From Magallana gigas (lineage: Eukaryota): a DNA stretch of 64,000 nt. Both the position numbers and the translations under genes were made by a program. The DNA lies in the NCBI RefSeq assembly GCF_963853765.1, contig NC_088856.1, positions 34,596,001 through 34,660,000 on the forward strand, given 5' to 3'. The first letter of the stretch is position 1, and every line of letters begins with the position of its first letter. Positions 48,550-62,037 of the stretch are shown here, piece after piece. Below the pieces are notes generated by a model. That model saw nothing but the letters and a program-made list of their open reading frames with translations, made no database searches and had not been told where the DNA came from.

Positions 48550-51500
48550 CATTCATCGTGTAACATCGATAATAAGAAAATTAAATTAGGCAACATGTAA
48601 AAAGGTTACTTCTCACTGAGTATAAGCTACGTTTATCGGCACTGTACTACCAATTAGTGCAAAAAATAAACATAATTATTGCAGAAGTCTTATTGAAATT
48701 TACCTGCAATCATGCATTTTGAAAAAAAGGGAATAATGCTTATATATAATTAATTATTTCAACGGTTATGGTTTATAAAAATCGCATCACAAAAATACAA
48801 CAGTATGCGTAAACTTACAAAGCGATGGAATAGAAGTGTATATTCAGCACGCGGGGTGGCTTTTGTACATTGTTGGTCTGTCGTATTTGATACACTTAAT
48901 TAGGTGTGTACGAGTATTTTTAAACAATAAACATAAACAAAAGGTAGCGATCAATACCGAAAAAATTAACGTAACCCGCGTTCTGTAATGTGGCTATCTT
49001 TATATCCCGCATGTACATTGTATCACCGATGAAAGCATTTTATTGTTTATATTTACATCTTTCATTTAATAAATTAATGAATTGAATTGATCGTAAAAAG
49101 TAAGTAAAGGTCATTAAATTATTGTTAATGTACACTGGAACGATAGATAAAAGCTATAGCCAAAGCGTCTTATATGGGATTTGAGTTTGGCATCATCATG
49201 ATTATATAGTTCGTGCAATTCTTGATTTTTCTTAGGTTGCTGAAGATTTCGAACGGTCGGTAAACTGCATGGTTAGAATTGGACCGAGTTGATTTCAGTC
49301 CTGTCTGTTTCTATACAGCTGTGAATTACAATAAATTTTCGTAAATTATAGAGGGAATCATACTTAATGGATTTAAATTTTAATCTATAAATATAAGATG
49401 CCATTTTTGTTATAGTCTTTTCTCTCAAATCAACTGTCCACATTCTTGTAGTTGTAATTACTTTTCAGTGAGAGAGTCGAAGACGATCTTTTTCCATTGG
49501 TAATTTTATAAAAATTAAGTGTTGATAACGTATTAAAGAGAAGAGCAATCATGACAGTAATTTAACACAATAACACTCGAGTTTCAAAAACAGCTATAAT
49601 TGATTTTAAACTTGCTTCAGAACTATGAAGAGACTTAAAAAGTAATATCAGTAAATATGCGATAAAATTTCCGTGCAAAAGGTTAATTAAAAAGAATAAA
49701 TATTTCTCTTTTTGAAAATAAATTCGTGTATGCAATTTGACTATGCCCCGAAATTGTGGAAACATACATGTAGGCATCGAATTTGACCATCTTTTTGTTT
49801 GTTATATGTTTGCTTATTAAAAAACTTTTATGTATTTAAAGGTTGGGGAGAAGTATTTGTTTTCCTTAGATATCCTTTATGTATCCATCTTACATGTATG
49901 ATCGGGGGGGGGGGGGGGGGGGGTTATTGCATGTGGAGTCATCAGAAGTGTGCAGAACTTAAACTATATCTGAATATTCAAAATGTTTTTTTTCTCTTTT
50001 GTTAAAATTGTAAGAAATCTAGAATTGTAGAAATTTATTAATTAATTCTACTTCAAACAATTAAAGACGATGTGAAAGGAAGTATAGAAGAAAAAAAATT
50101 AATGCAAAAAAAAAATTGACGTTCGTGACGTCGTGACGTTTTCAACGAGTTACGTCAAAGTCGTGTTAACATATCTTACTAAAATTGTCATAAAATGCTT
50201 AAAACACACAAGATCTTGAATATCTTTGTATATTTGTATTCAGAAAGAGTTGACTAATCAGAATTGACAAAAAAGTGAGTTTGTGAAATTTTGACCTTTA
50301 GGGCCCTTTTCTCATGACGGCAGTCATATATAATTTATGAATATTCGATCTTAGTTTCTTTTATGAAGTAATGTCAGGGGTTCAGACCCTATGTTCATAT
50401 AGTGAAAATTTATTAAATTTTAGAAAATCTTTTTTCCACTTTCACAAATGTGGGAGATAAGCTGAATGCATGGTAACGTTATGATTTTCATCATGAAACC
50501 TTCTATCTAAATTGTGAAATTCGTAACCCTCAGGACAGGGTTCAGACCCTAGGGCATGTCCAAATAGCAAACATAGTGAAATGTATCGATTTAAATAAGA
50601 TTTTCTTCTGTACTATCAAAGTTGTGGGAGAGATAAAACTAATTGCGTTGTTGTTATTTTCTTTATAAGGCCCTGTTCTTAAATTGTGAAATTCGTTAGC
50701 AGAAGTTGGGACTTCTCTTTTGGGGGGCGGGTTGTGTGATAAATATGGCAGTAACTACTGAATTAGTTTCTGCTTTAATTTCTTGTGCATTTTATGCTCG
50801 TTGAAATAAGCTATATTCATGTGTTCAATTTAAATGAAACTAAATAAGTGTATTATACCAGATCGACCATTTAAGGCCTGCAGATCTCTTTTAACCAAAA
50901 GAGAAAAATATTTTGCTAGGGTATAGTTAATGTGAGATTCCTCCGACTCTTCAACACCCCCCCCCCCTTCACAACTTTTTACAAGTAATAAAAGCAAGGG
51001 TAAAGTCAGAGATGTCTCAGATTAGGGTTTAGACTTCAAAATGAAGCTTTTAAAAAATTCAAATATGAGACTCTCTGACATGTCACTCTAAGGGCAAAGT
51101 TATTCAACTGACTGTCAATGCCTGTGGGCCTCTCGATTTTTTCAATAAGGTTTTAAATAATAATTGAAATATTTTTTTTTCATAAAGACATGTACCTAAC
51201 GTATTTTTTGATAAAATTTCATATTCTGGACGTCGTTTTGAGATAGCTGACAGTACGATTTAATATTTTTAAACACTGATGAGTAAGATCCATCGTCATT
51301 GGAAACAGGACGGGGGCAACCAAATACCAGTTTTGATACTTAAATTATCCCGATATTTTAATAGATAATTTTTATAAACGACACGAGTTTATGAGATAAT
51401 GTAATCTAGAAACTGCTTAACAGCTTAGTTCTTTGTTTAGTTATCATTTGAAGCTAAACAAGGTTACATTGTAAATGATTATTAATCATAATTAAAAGTC

Positions 51501-53470
51501 TCTCTTATTTAGACTAAACCCGAAAAAATATTTCCAGTGTGTTAATATCGCCCATATAGGAAAGAATTTTCTTTTAAAGAGCGTTGATTTGGTCCAAACA
51601 TAACGCACTTTTAAAATTAATTTGAAAGTGCGTTGTAACAAGGGTATTATTGATTGGAAGTGTTTATAAATACATGTACATAGTAAAAGAATGTTTGTGA
51701 TATTGTATTAATTTGCAATCAATATTAGTATTTAACTAAGAATAGTTACGTGTACTTAGTAAGCTCAGTTCTTAACTCAAGACATGTTCCTCTTGTGCGA
51801 TGTGCATGTAGCTCACAAGAATGATCTATACGTACTGGGAAAAATTTTCTGTAGTAACAGTTTTATACCGGTAATTTGAGTTTTTCTTTGACATTAGGAA
51901 ATCTTTAATTTGATTCCATTTTATTTTCATAATGAAAAAAACCCTTTAAATTTCACAGGAAAAAAAGGAGTCAGAAGTGGAAATGAAGTTAGCCCCGGTA
52001 CAGTGCGAGACTCTCTTGGATTTTATGTACACTGGTAAAAGTGAGTGGGCAGACGTGGATGATGCTATTGACATGCTGCACTTGTCACAGCAGTACCAAA
52101 TCCGGTCTCTACGGGAGCAGAGCCTGCAGTACCTGTACCAACATATCAGCAGCGAATACTGCGTGCGCATGTGGGAAGCAGCCAAATTTTTGGAATTAAA
52201 AGAACTGGAGGAAAAAACAAGCACCATCATTTCTAAAGAATTCGCCCTGGTTTCTTCAACTGATGAGTTTCTCGAGATAAACACACTTGATTTTGTTATA
52301 GAACTGCTGAAAAAGAACGATCTAAATGCCCAGGAAGAAACCATAGCGAAGGCTGGACTGAGATGGATCGAGAAAGACTTCGAAGGAAGAAAGGACTACT
52401 GCTATGATATACTGGAAGCTCTACAGACTAGACGTTCTTTGCTGATAAACTTGGCATCTGAGGCAAACTTTCCAAACTTACACAATAGCCCGGAATTCAA
52501 GGACGCTTTGCAGAGATACAGAGAAAGAGGTAATGTGACGTCACCAGGACTAGATCTGGAGGAATGTGTTGTCGTCATGGGAGGGAATGACAGAGGAAGC
52601 AACCAGAGTCTCATCTGTTTTGGATTCCGTCACAAAAAGTGGTTTACGCTACCTCCTATCCCTCATGACCCCGAAATTAATTTTTCAATTTGCACAAGCA
52701 GATGTAAATTATACGTGTCCGGGGGATTTGGTAATGGACAGGGTTTCTACGAGTACGACGGCGAAAGGAATGCGTGGAGAGCTCTACCAAACCTTTTGTC
52801 TCCAAGGCAGAATCATTGCATGGCATATTCCAATGGGAAAGTAGTTCTCCTTGGAGGTACAGACCCCAGAAACACTTTAAACTTCGTCAACGAAATCGAT
52901 GTTTATGATACAACAACAAATGTATGGTGTGAAATCAGGACCACTCTTCAACAAGCGGTTAGGTCTAGTGCGTACTGTGTTTTGGAAAGCAAGGTGTTTC
53001 TGTTTGGGGGCCTTTCTGAACGTGGGGAAAAGGTAGAAAAGCTACAATATTTTGATATCGAGAAACGATACTCTGTCCAGGACAAGTGGTGTACCATTCC
53101 GGAAGTAATCCGATGCCAAGCTCGCGCCCTGGTGGTAGATCGTACGATAATCGTTATATCCCTTAAAGGAAAACTATTTCAACTTAAAAACGACAGAGGT
53201 AACTATTTCTTTGAAAATAAGGAAAGCATGCGATATTTCCCGAGGAAAGGCTTTGGAGTAAGTCCATTTGACGGGAGGATTCTGATAGTTGGGGGCGAGG
53301 TGAACTACGCCAAAACCAAGGATATGCTACAACACAAGTTGGACGACGGCTTCACGTTTGAAATGGAGCAAAAGATGCCGTTTTCTTCCAGTAATTTCTG
53401 TTTAGGACACATGTTCGTCAAAAGAGCTCATCTAAGTTACGAATGTAAAGATCAAGTACAGATCGTGTAG
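46194..53470 (+). CDS. BTB-BACK-Kelch (KLHL-like) protein, paralogue 2; exons 46194-46358, 51959-53470; 558 aa
   Basis: Same exon structure as paralogue 1 and highly similar protein, with an intact ORF. Confidence 0.92.
46528..46600. repeat. (TA)n microsatellite flanking a transposon
   Basis: Read directly. Confidence 0.95.
47398..47682. mobile_element. Nested MITE with CAGGCACGTAGCA TIRs and TATTC flanking duplication
   Basis: TATTC|CAGGCACGTAGCA ... TGCTACGTGCCTG|TATTC. Confidence 0.8.
48500..48546. repeat. (GA)n microsatellite
   Basis: Read directly. Confidence 0.95.
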
Positions 53471-54925
53471 ATAAATGTCAGAAAGGTGGTCCGTAGTCAA
53501 GACATTGCAAAGTGATGATGCTCAAAGTGTGTGGCTTAGAACCATTAAACTATTTATAACTTGGTTCTTTACGTCAATATTCCACGCATCAGTACAAACA
53601 TGCGTGTAAAACAATCTGCATTTACCTGTTATACCTGATAAATATATGTAGACGTTTAGAATAGGATTTTCAATCAAACATTAGTGCTTAAAAAAAAACA
53701 AAGAACTTTTGTTCAAGAATCAAGGAAGTTCCACGAAATCGTGTGGTTATAGAAATGCCAGAAACATTATTTGCTTGCAAATTGTCTATTGTTTAGCGTG
53801 TTCTTTTTTTCTTTACAATTTACAAAACTGTCCAGTAAATGTCACAAGAATACTTATTATCAGTTTAGAACACAGTGCTTTCGAAAAGCCTATATCTAAA
53901 ATGAAAATTAATTTCGTTTTGATAAGGTTCACGGAATTTAAGTCACTGAACTGTATTAACCTTTGAAGCAATGGCAGACGTATACTATTTATTATTTGTA
54001 TGTACTTAGTCATTTTTGTTCAGTACATTCGTATAAATGTACATTTATGTATGTGTATCATTTTGCCTTGTCAGGGTGACATTCTAGCTTCTATGGTATT
54101 TTCACAAATTATACAGGATAAAAGATCGTTAGGTTATTGATCTGGACAGGATTGAAATCAATATGATATATATAATGACACATGTATAACATGAAATTTA
54201 GGAATGATTTTAAAATGCTTAAAGTTCTGCCCAATTCATAATTATTAATAAACGACGAAAAATTGAAAGAAATTTGTGATGATTTGGAGGTTGCAAAAGT
54301 CAAAGCTAGCATTACAAAAAGTAGAGAGATATAACCACACGCGAGCTCAATTCTTGTTACTGATCATGCATATTTGCTAAGTGTAGGTACTAGTATGTAC
54401 TATAGTTTACCATTGCGCCGAAGGACTGATATGAATTCATATCACCAAAAGATTCACGAAAAGCGTTATACAAAGACACGAACTTGTGAAGCGAAGGTAA
54501 CAAAAAGAAGTTTAGAAAAGGTCACCAATCTCGTTTTCTCTTTATAAAAAAAAGTCGGTTAACAATTATAAATGTTGTAATCGTTCTACTGCAACCCCAC
54601 AAATTAACACCTTAAGTAATTTTGTAATTGCCATTTATGTATCCAGATTTGGAATAACAAAACAGTCACATCAGCAATTCAAAACAACGGCTCACGGGTT
54701 GACTTGCTTCGATGCACAGAACACATAAACATATTTTCCAGTTTCAGGCAAGAAGTTTTAATTAGTAAAGTGCAATATCAAACAACAAGGGACTGTTAAT
54801 ATTGACACGTTGTGATAGACGGATTAATATACCAGGAAGATACGGCCGATTGTTTCCAATCAGTCGTAAGATGACAGCACGTATTTCGTATTTTTCCGTC
54901 CAATGTAGAACGCGCGAAATCGGCA

Positions 54926-56017
54926 ATGGATGACAATATTTCTAGGTTAAATGCGATATATTCCTCTACTGTTTTACCAAACACAGTACTTATGTCTGTA
55001 GGAATAATGGTGGGTGTCATAGGAAATATCACTGTGATAGTACTATACGTGGTTCGTATCAACGACAAGAGAGGGGACCGCTACTTCATACCAATTCTCG
55101 CACTAGTGGACTGTCTGGGGAGCGTCTCAAACGGCGTTTTTTACGTCATCGACAACTTCTACATTTTCAGCTTTCCCAGTGAAATCTTGTGTCGAGTGTT
55201 GTTATTTAGTCTCACTTTCGCCTCGGGATTTTCCGGTCATGTTCTTGGCGCAATAGCGTTTCAACGGTACCTCTTATTGTGTCATCCGTATGGAAAACAG
55301 CTGACGTTGTTCCGAAGGCGCTTGCTGGTGATTGGGATAACGTTTGTTTGCGTCATATACGGAGCACCTCTGTTAGTAATTAGTGGAATTAAAACGTCAC
55401 AGAAGACTTTTCAAAACCAGTCGTTCTCTACCAATATATGTGTATTTGACGTGAATCCTAATGCACTTACTCTCGTTTACTTCGGATCCTTTCTGCTTTT
55501 GACTTTAGCAAACATTGTAACTACATCTACCTTATATGCGCTCATAATGCGAACAATTTATAAAACTCTGTACTCCGAAAGACAGTCGAGAGAAAAAATT
55601 CTCAAAAGCATGAAAAATGATAAAAATTACAACAAAACGAAGGATGGCATTTATACTATTTACAAAGAATGTGCAGATCAAGACGAAAAAAGTCGAAAGA
55701 AAAGTGTGGGAGGCAATTCGATGGACAGTGAGAAATCCGGACATGGATATAATGTCCGGACCAAGATGAATGTGATGTTCCTGACTATAATTTTGCTTTA
55801 TATCCTTTCGTATATACCCTCTATTGTGATACTCATTCTGACCTACACCCTCAATAATTTTTACTACCTTCAATTACCCGGAAGTTTGATGAACGTCTGG
55901 ATTTTTTTCGCGCGTTTTTTACTGTTGAATCACGTGATCAATCCTTTTATTTACGGTTATTTTGACGTTAAATTCCGCTCAGAATTAAAACACTTGTGTT
56001 GTAAATCAGAACGGTGA
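54926..56017 (+). CDS. Intronless rhodopsin-like (class A) GPCR, 363 aa, orphan
   Basis: TM1 GVIGN, TM2 LALVD, TM3 FQRY..LCHP, long basic ICL3, TM6 SYIP, TM7 NHVINPFIY. Confidence 0.92.
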   Translation: MDDNISRLNAIYSSTVLPNTVLMSVGIMVGVIGNITVIVLYVVRINDKRGDRYFIPILALVDCLGSVSNGVFYVIDNFYIFSFPSEILCRVLLFSLTFASGFSGHVLGAIAFQRYLLLCHPYGKQLTLFRRRLLVIGITFVCVIYGAPLLVISGIKTSQKTFQNQSFSTNICVFDVNPNALTLVYFGSFLLLTLANIVTTSTLYALIMRTIYKTLYSERQSREKILKSMKNDKNYNKTKDGIYTIYKECADQDEKSRKKSVGGNSMDSEKSGHGYNVRTKMNVMFLTIILLYILSYIPSIVILILTYTLNNFYYLQLPGSLMNVWIFFARFLLLNHVINPFIYGYFDVKFRSELKHLCCKSER

Positions 56018-57948
56018 AATAGACTACGTTGTGTACGGGAAACAGAATATGCAAAGTAGGAGATAAAAATATCGTTTTATTTCTAGATTTAGATGTACCG
56101 TTGCACCATGGGATGTAATCCTGACTGTTCTTTATCAGATGATTGTTTTAAAGTATTTAATTCATTTTCTATGAATATGAAACTTATTTTTCTGGTGTGG
56201 CAATGCAATCTTTGTATTTTCGCAAACTGAAGATAGCTGCCCACCGTAAGTCACTTACAAACAAGTTTTAATTGTTGAAATGTCAGGAAATAATTTCTGC
56301 TGTATAATTTTTTTTTTCAAATTGTGCGCTTTATTAAAGATAAGTTGAATGGCCGCATGCAGTTACAGGTTGATTGTAATGATTGATTCTCCTGGCTATT
56401 TTCGCATAGACAGGGAAGGTCTTTGCTTTTGTTATTTTATTTCAAAAAATATTTTATTCAATAACATTGAATAAGATTAGGCAGCAGGCAAAGACCTACA
56501 CCAAATTCGAATATATAAAATTCCTATACAACTCGGGTTATAGAAAGGATACAAATGAAAACAAAATTTAAAATTCTGAAACCGGGTTTAAAAGATAATG
56601 GAAGATTACAAAATATTTTTTTTATCATAAATCATTTTTTTCCCACATAGGACAATTTATCCCACAGTACTTTTTCTCCCATAGAATTTTTGATGAAATT
56701 TTTGTTGGGGTGAAAAATCCACCATTCTTCCATGGGATTCTAGAAAAAAAAAACTAGGGTAACGAGTACATTCAGGTTGGCATGATAGGATCAAAATAAA
56801 AAAAAATCCCACCAAAGTACATGTATATAAACAAAAGTAAGTTATGTCTAACCGAAAGGGTGGCTGAAAGTCCGGATTGTGTCGTGCCCGGACTTGACAT
56901 GTCACAGTGTAAAATATACCTGTAATTAGACACAGGGTTTTGTTGCTGCAATAAAAGTTTAAATGCTTCAAATATTTGAAAATTAATACTGTATTTTAAT
57001 TATACTTTATACTTGCTCCGGTTGCTTTTGTTGATGACATTCCTGGGATCACTCCGAGAGTAAGTACTTTGGTGGGGTGGGGGGGGGGGGGGGGGTTCAC
57101 GGTAATTTCTCGATATACTCACTTCAATCTTTTCTATAAGAATAGAGACCTGTACTCCCCTTGTTGGAAAAAATAAAATTTTCATTTCGTCAAACTATCT
57201 GCGGTAAATGATTCACTTTATTTCATATTTTAATAAAGAGAAAATTTATGCATGTATTAACCAAGAGAGTTTTACGAATTTCAAGTTACTTTTAACAATA
57301 TCATAATAAAACATACGTTGCCCATAGACTTCAATGCCAAATTCAAGGTGTTATTTGTTGGACCGTAAGATATTTCAAAATTTTGCAAATTCCTTTGGTG
57401 GAGTATTTTTATTTGATAACACCTTCAAAATGATATCATGATTAATAATATCAGACCATTCATTTATTAGGTACAAAATGTGGTCGTTATACATCGAATA
57501 CATTAAAGCAATGGGAGTTCCGTTTTGAAAACTTAATTTTGCTGCTAAACATGGTATTATAATAATTCTGTGTGTAGCTTAAACTTTAATAAGATGAAAA
57601 CAAATCCATGGTCAATTTATATCATAATAACGATTCCTGTATAATGGAATATATTGAAACCAATTTTTGTAAATATTTATAGAATATGTGCCAATATCAT
57701 TAGCATTAAGTCTTTAAAGAGGATTTTCGGTAAAATTTAGTAAAACTGACGGGGGTCGTTTTATATGTCAAATAATGTTATTTTGACGTCTTTTTTGCGT
57801 TATCTTTGCATAAATGTGCAACATATTTTGATTCACAAAATTGTTAGGCCATTAAGGTTTTGTGTCGGAACAGCAATCAGACCTGACGAACTTGTAGCAC
57901 CGACTACTGTTCAAAAACTCAGTTACATGTATATCGAACACGCTTATT

Positions 57949-58320
57949 ATATAAATAGTGCCTGTTTGGGAGGGTAACAGTTGAAATTGACACCCGGAGG
58001 AAACCATTGTCAACCGACGCGAAGCGGAGGTTGACAATGGTTTTCGAGGGGTGTTAATTTCAACTGTTATCCTCCCAAACAGGCACTATTTATTTTATTA
58101 TACTGAATGTTTAAATTTTAGAGAATTTTTATATTGCTTTTATATAGAGATGACGGGAATTCTACGGCGAACCGTACGCGCATAATTTTCGCGCATGTAA
58201 CAATTCGTTGTGTTACCCGTTGCTAAGTATGTTGCTAACGCTGATGGAAATAGAACGGATTATCAACTGCGTCTAAACCAATCAGATTTCAGTATTTAAC
58301 ATGAAAGTATAATAAAATAA
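57949..58320. mobile_element. Palindrome-terminated non-autonomous element (possibly Crypton-like)
   Basis: ~65-bp inverted arms (ATAAATAGTGCCTGTTTGGGAGG... / ...CCTCCCAAACAGGCACTATTTAT) around GACGCGAAGCGGA. Confidence 0.75.
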
Positions 58321-59264
58321 ATTATTAACGCTTACAGCTAAGTGCTTTTCCTTCCCCGTGACTATATTACATGTTGTAAACTTGACGGATATAACGAATT
58401 ACGCATATATAACGAAGACCGACAATCAACTCAATAGATAAAGATTAACATGCCTTTAATAATTGTTTTTTTTAGTCTAAACAAGAACAGAAATATTTTT
58501 GACATTAAAAATCAGAGATATATGTAACAGTTAGTATATACATGTACGTCCCTGTTAAAAATATAGGAAACAATACCATATTGTAAATCAAGGTTTGATA
58601 TAAAAAGAAGTAACCAAGTAACAGGATTTTGGTGCTTTTCAGATCAGTTTTGTCATGTATGACGTTCTAAAATACTTGGCAATTTTGAAACCAATCCGAA
58701 AATATTGACCTGTATGGTGATCAAACATTAGTGTGGTTGGGTAACGTATATGTCCATATGTCACCTCTAGGCGCCATCTGTCCGAGAGTGGTGTAACCAT
58801 GAAAAATACCGGTAGTAATACATCGTCCAAGGACCATGTTATAATATCGTAATCTCAACCTTAGTTATATAGCTATACAGTGGACGTCGGACTACGGATG
58901 TGAGCCTTCAAATATGTAAGTACGTTTTCTTTTTATTCGAAAAGAAAATCACTCAGAGTTTGGTTTCATCGTAAGCAGCGTTTTCAGTTGTGTTATTATA
59001 CAAGCAGCAGTTATGCTCTCAGCCAAATTTCAGTCTGTTTATGTCACAAACAACCCCGATTTTTTAGAATAGTAGTGGGCTGATGCTTTACATTGTAAAC
59101 CAACAGTCTCAACTAGATACAAGTTGGCTTAAAGGAACCTAGACACGATTTGAGATCAATTTTTTTTTATTTTTTACGTTTACTATTGTTTACGTGTGCA
59201 TTTTGAATGATTGACAATTCGAATGTTAGAAGCGAGATACAGAGGCGGGAAAATCATTATTATA

Positions 59265-59820
59265 TATTTACATCTACCAAGTATTATTCCCTCTATTTCT
59301 TACAGAAACATATAGTTAATTCATAGCTCTAAAGAATCAGCCAAATTGAAATCTACACGCCCCGTTTATTGATTGGTCGAAATCTACCACGGCTGAAACT
59401 GACAAGAAAGAGACAGGATTGAATTTGACACGCCCTGTTTATCGATTGGTCGAGACCTACAACTACCTAGGAAAAATCACGAACTGCACGAAATAATCAT
59501 GACGACGTCAGACTCAAAGTCTCACAGGAGACGATTTGGCTGTTTCTTTTAGTTAACGTAACGTACTTAGTACGTACATTAACAGTAATTTAGTGAATTT
59601 TACTTACTTTTCATATCAATTTATCAACTGGCTAAAGGAAAGATGTTAATATAAACAATAAAATGCTTTCTTTGATGATTCATTCGGGTAATGAAGGTAG
59701 CGATCATTGCAGAAAAAATTTACATAACCCGCTAACGCGGGTTGTGTATTTTTTCTGCAATGTCGCTACCTTCATATCCCGAATGAATCACCAAAGAAAG
59801 CATTTTATTGTTTAAATAAA
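59265..59820 (+). mobile_element. Fuller copy of the 17915 family with an intact ~170-bp terminal palindrome
   Basis: The palindrome spans ~59650-59820 and is centred on AACCCGCTAACGCGGGTT. Confidence 0.75.
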
Positions 59821-60989
59821 CAAAGGTCGAGTCTATTATTTGTTTACAAATAATGCTAAGTACAGAAATTACCCTTTCTTCGACAGAATGACCCATGCCA
59901 AACATGTTTGACTGATTCTATGTGTTCATAAATCATATTATCAACAAAAAAGCAACATTGATTGAAACTCATACCAATACCACACATATGTAAACAATGA
60001 TAAGAGCTTTGTTTACGTAACAAAGAATTCCAAACTATGTACCTTTGTATCTCTGTAAACTCTGTAACTCAATATTTGACTTTCAAACTTTGACGAATCA
60101 TTAAAATTACCCATTCTTGATTCTTAAAATAACGTGCGTTACTCAATTTGTATGCACACACCGCTGCAGTTATGAGACTATAACTTTCAAAAAATAATGA
60201 TTCAATGCTTATATTTACATTTTTTAACTTCTTGTCTGCAAATGTGATTTATATCCTGGTGCTATGGGTTTCTGATAGTTTAACACTAAACGCTGCCTCT
60301 AATGACTGTCTTTTTTGTTAACAATTTTGAAACTATATCATTTTTAACCTCAGACATAGCATTGAACATCGCCGATAAAAAAATCAAAGTTAGTGGTCAT
60401 TTTATGCAATTCGTAGCTTTAGATAAACTGGATGGCGCATTTGGCCAATGAAAATGAGCGTCATATGTTTCCGAAAATATAATTCATCAACATTTTTTTT
60501 CAATAATACTTGACATAAATGAGATATAACCTTTTGAATATATTCTTTATTATTTTCAATGTTTTCTCAGCCTTTTATTTAAACGTTAATCGTACAAATA
60601 TTTAATTTCCCCCATAACTTCATTTTATCACTGATGATTATTACAGTACCGTCATTTGTACGATTATCAATAACGTTTTTATTTCAGAAGACGTCCAATT
60701 TATAGCGCTCCTATATAAATGCAAACTAAGGAAAAGTTTACAAAGTCATATGATAAATTTAGCATGTAAATACATCATCAGAGGACTATTTTACGGGACA
60801 ATGAGTAATTTTAGATACTGTGATATTATAGTTGGGATTTTGGGCAATTTTATTGACTTTAATTAGGTAATAGTATTAATTAATTTCTTACGAGTCCCTT
60901 GAGAAATTGTGAGATTTTTACCATTTGACACAGCATTACTTTGATACTGGTTCATTTACTAAAGCAAAAAAAAGCATTTGTGTGAACAG

Positions 60990-62015
60990 GCTCAAAAAAA
61001 GTAAATTGTTAATTTGATAAGGTTGTTTTACCAGTTTTACTGAACCGCTGTGAAATTTGGGGTTTCGAAAATCTAGATGTTATTGAACATGTACATTTAA
61101 AATTTAAAAACAGTACTTAATATAAGAAATACGACACCAAATTTTATGATATATGGAGAAACAGGACGCTACCCTTTGTATATTAATGTTTAAAAAGAAT
61201 AATTACATATTGGAGAAATGCTTTTAAGCCATGAGAACAAAATTATATATACTGTGTACATATATTTATTTTCACAACATTTTAATAGCGATTGTAAAAG
61301 CCCATGGGTAGATTGTATTAAAAGAGTTTTAAACATGTGCGGAGTACAATATGTCTGGGAGAACCATAATTTGTCAATATAAAATGGTACTGCTACTGTA
61401 AATCAAAGATTAAGAGATCAATTTGTGCAAATATGGTCCAATTATATAATTTGTTGCTCCAGAGGTCTTGCGTATAAAATTTTAAAAGCAAATTTTGGCT
61501 TTGAGAAGTATCTCGATATTTTACCTGTAAAACTAAGAAAAAAAATAATTAAATTTCGTACATCAAACCATCGTCTACTTGTAGAGACAGGCAGATGGTA
61601 TAACATTCCTTTGAATGAGAGGTTATGTCTTTTGTGTAATAAAGGTCTCATTGGTGATGGATTTCATTATACTTTAGAATATTTGGTCCTTGAAGAAATA
61701 AGGAAAACATACCTAAACACAAAATATTGGAAAAGACCAAACTGTTTGAAGTTCTCTGAACTCAAGACCAATTTCAGTTGTAAATCGCTTAGAAAATTGT
61801 GCGTATTTATTTCAAATATTTTCGATGCTGTCTGCTCCTCTTAGTTGTTTCCCTATTTTGATCCTTTATACCGAAGTCTTCCATAGTAATAAGTAGTTAT
61901 TCTATAGTCTGTCCTTTTTTTTCTTTTTTTTTCGGTTTGAAAATGTGCCTGTTTGTAGTACCTCTGACAATTATTTTGTTTGAGCGAATAAACTGAACTT
62001 GACCTTGAACTTGAA
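60990..62015 (+). mobile_element. 5'-truncated, degenerate non-LTR retrotransposon (CR1/L2-like 3' end)
   Basis: Broken peptides CEIWGFENLDVIEHVHLKF, FMIYGETGRYPL and FRTSNHRLLVETGRW...ERLCLLC...FHY resemble the RT-downstream region. AATAAA at 61987 is followed by a (CTTGAA)-like tail. Confidence 0.8.
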
Positions 62016-62037
62016 CCACAACCACATGTAGTATATA

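Larger units (their letters stand above)
46601..50327. mobile_element. 3.7-kb non-autonomous DNA transposon with ~27-bp TIRs in the Kelch-2 intron
   Basis: TGACTGCCGTCATGAGAAAAGGGCCCT at 46602 and its exact reverse complement ending at 50326. It is absent from the equivalent site in the Kelch-1 intron (~42050). Confidence 0.88.

Noticed and set aside
61425-61844. Independent 139-aa gene
   Set aside because: It is the C-terminal part of a broken LINE ORF2, with upstream frameshifts and a retrotransposon tail.
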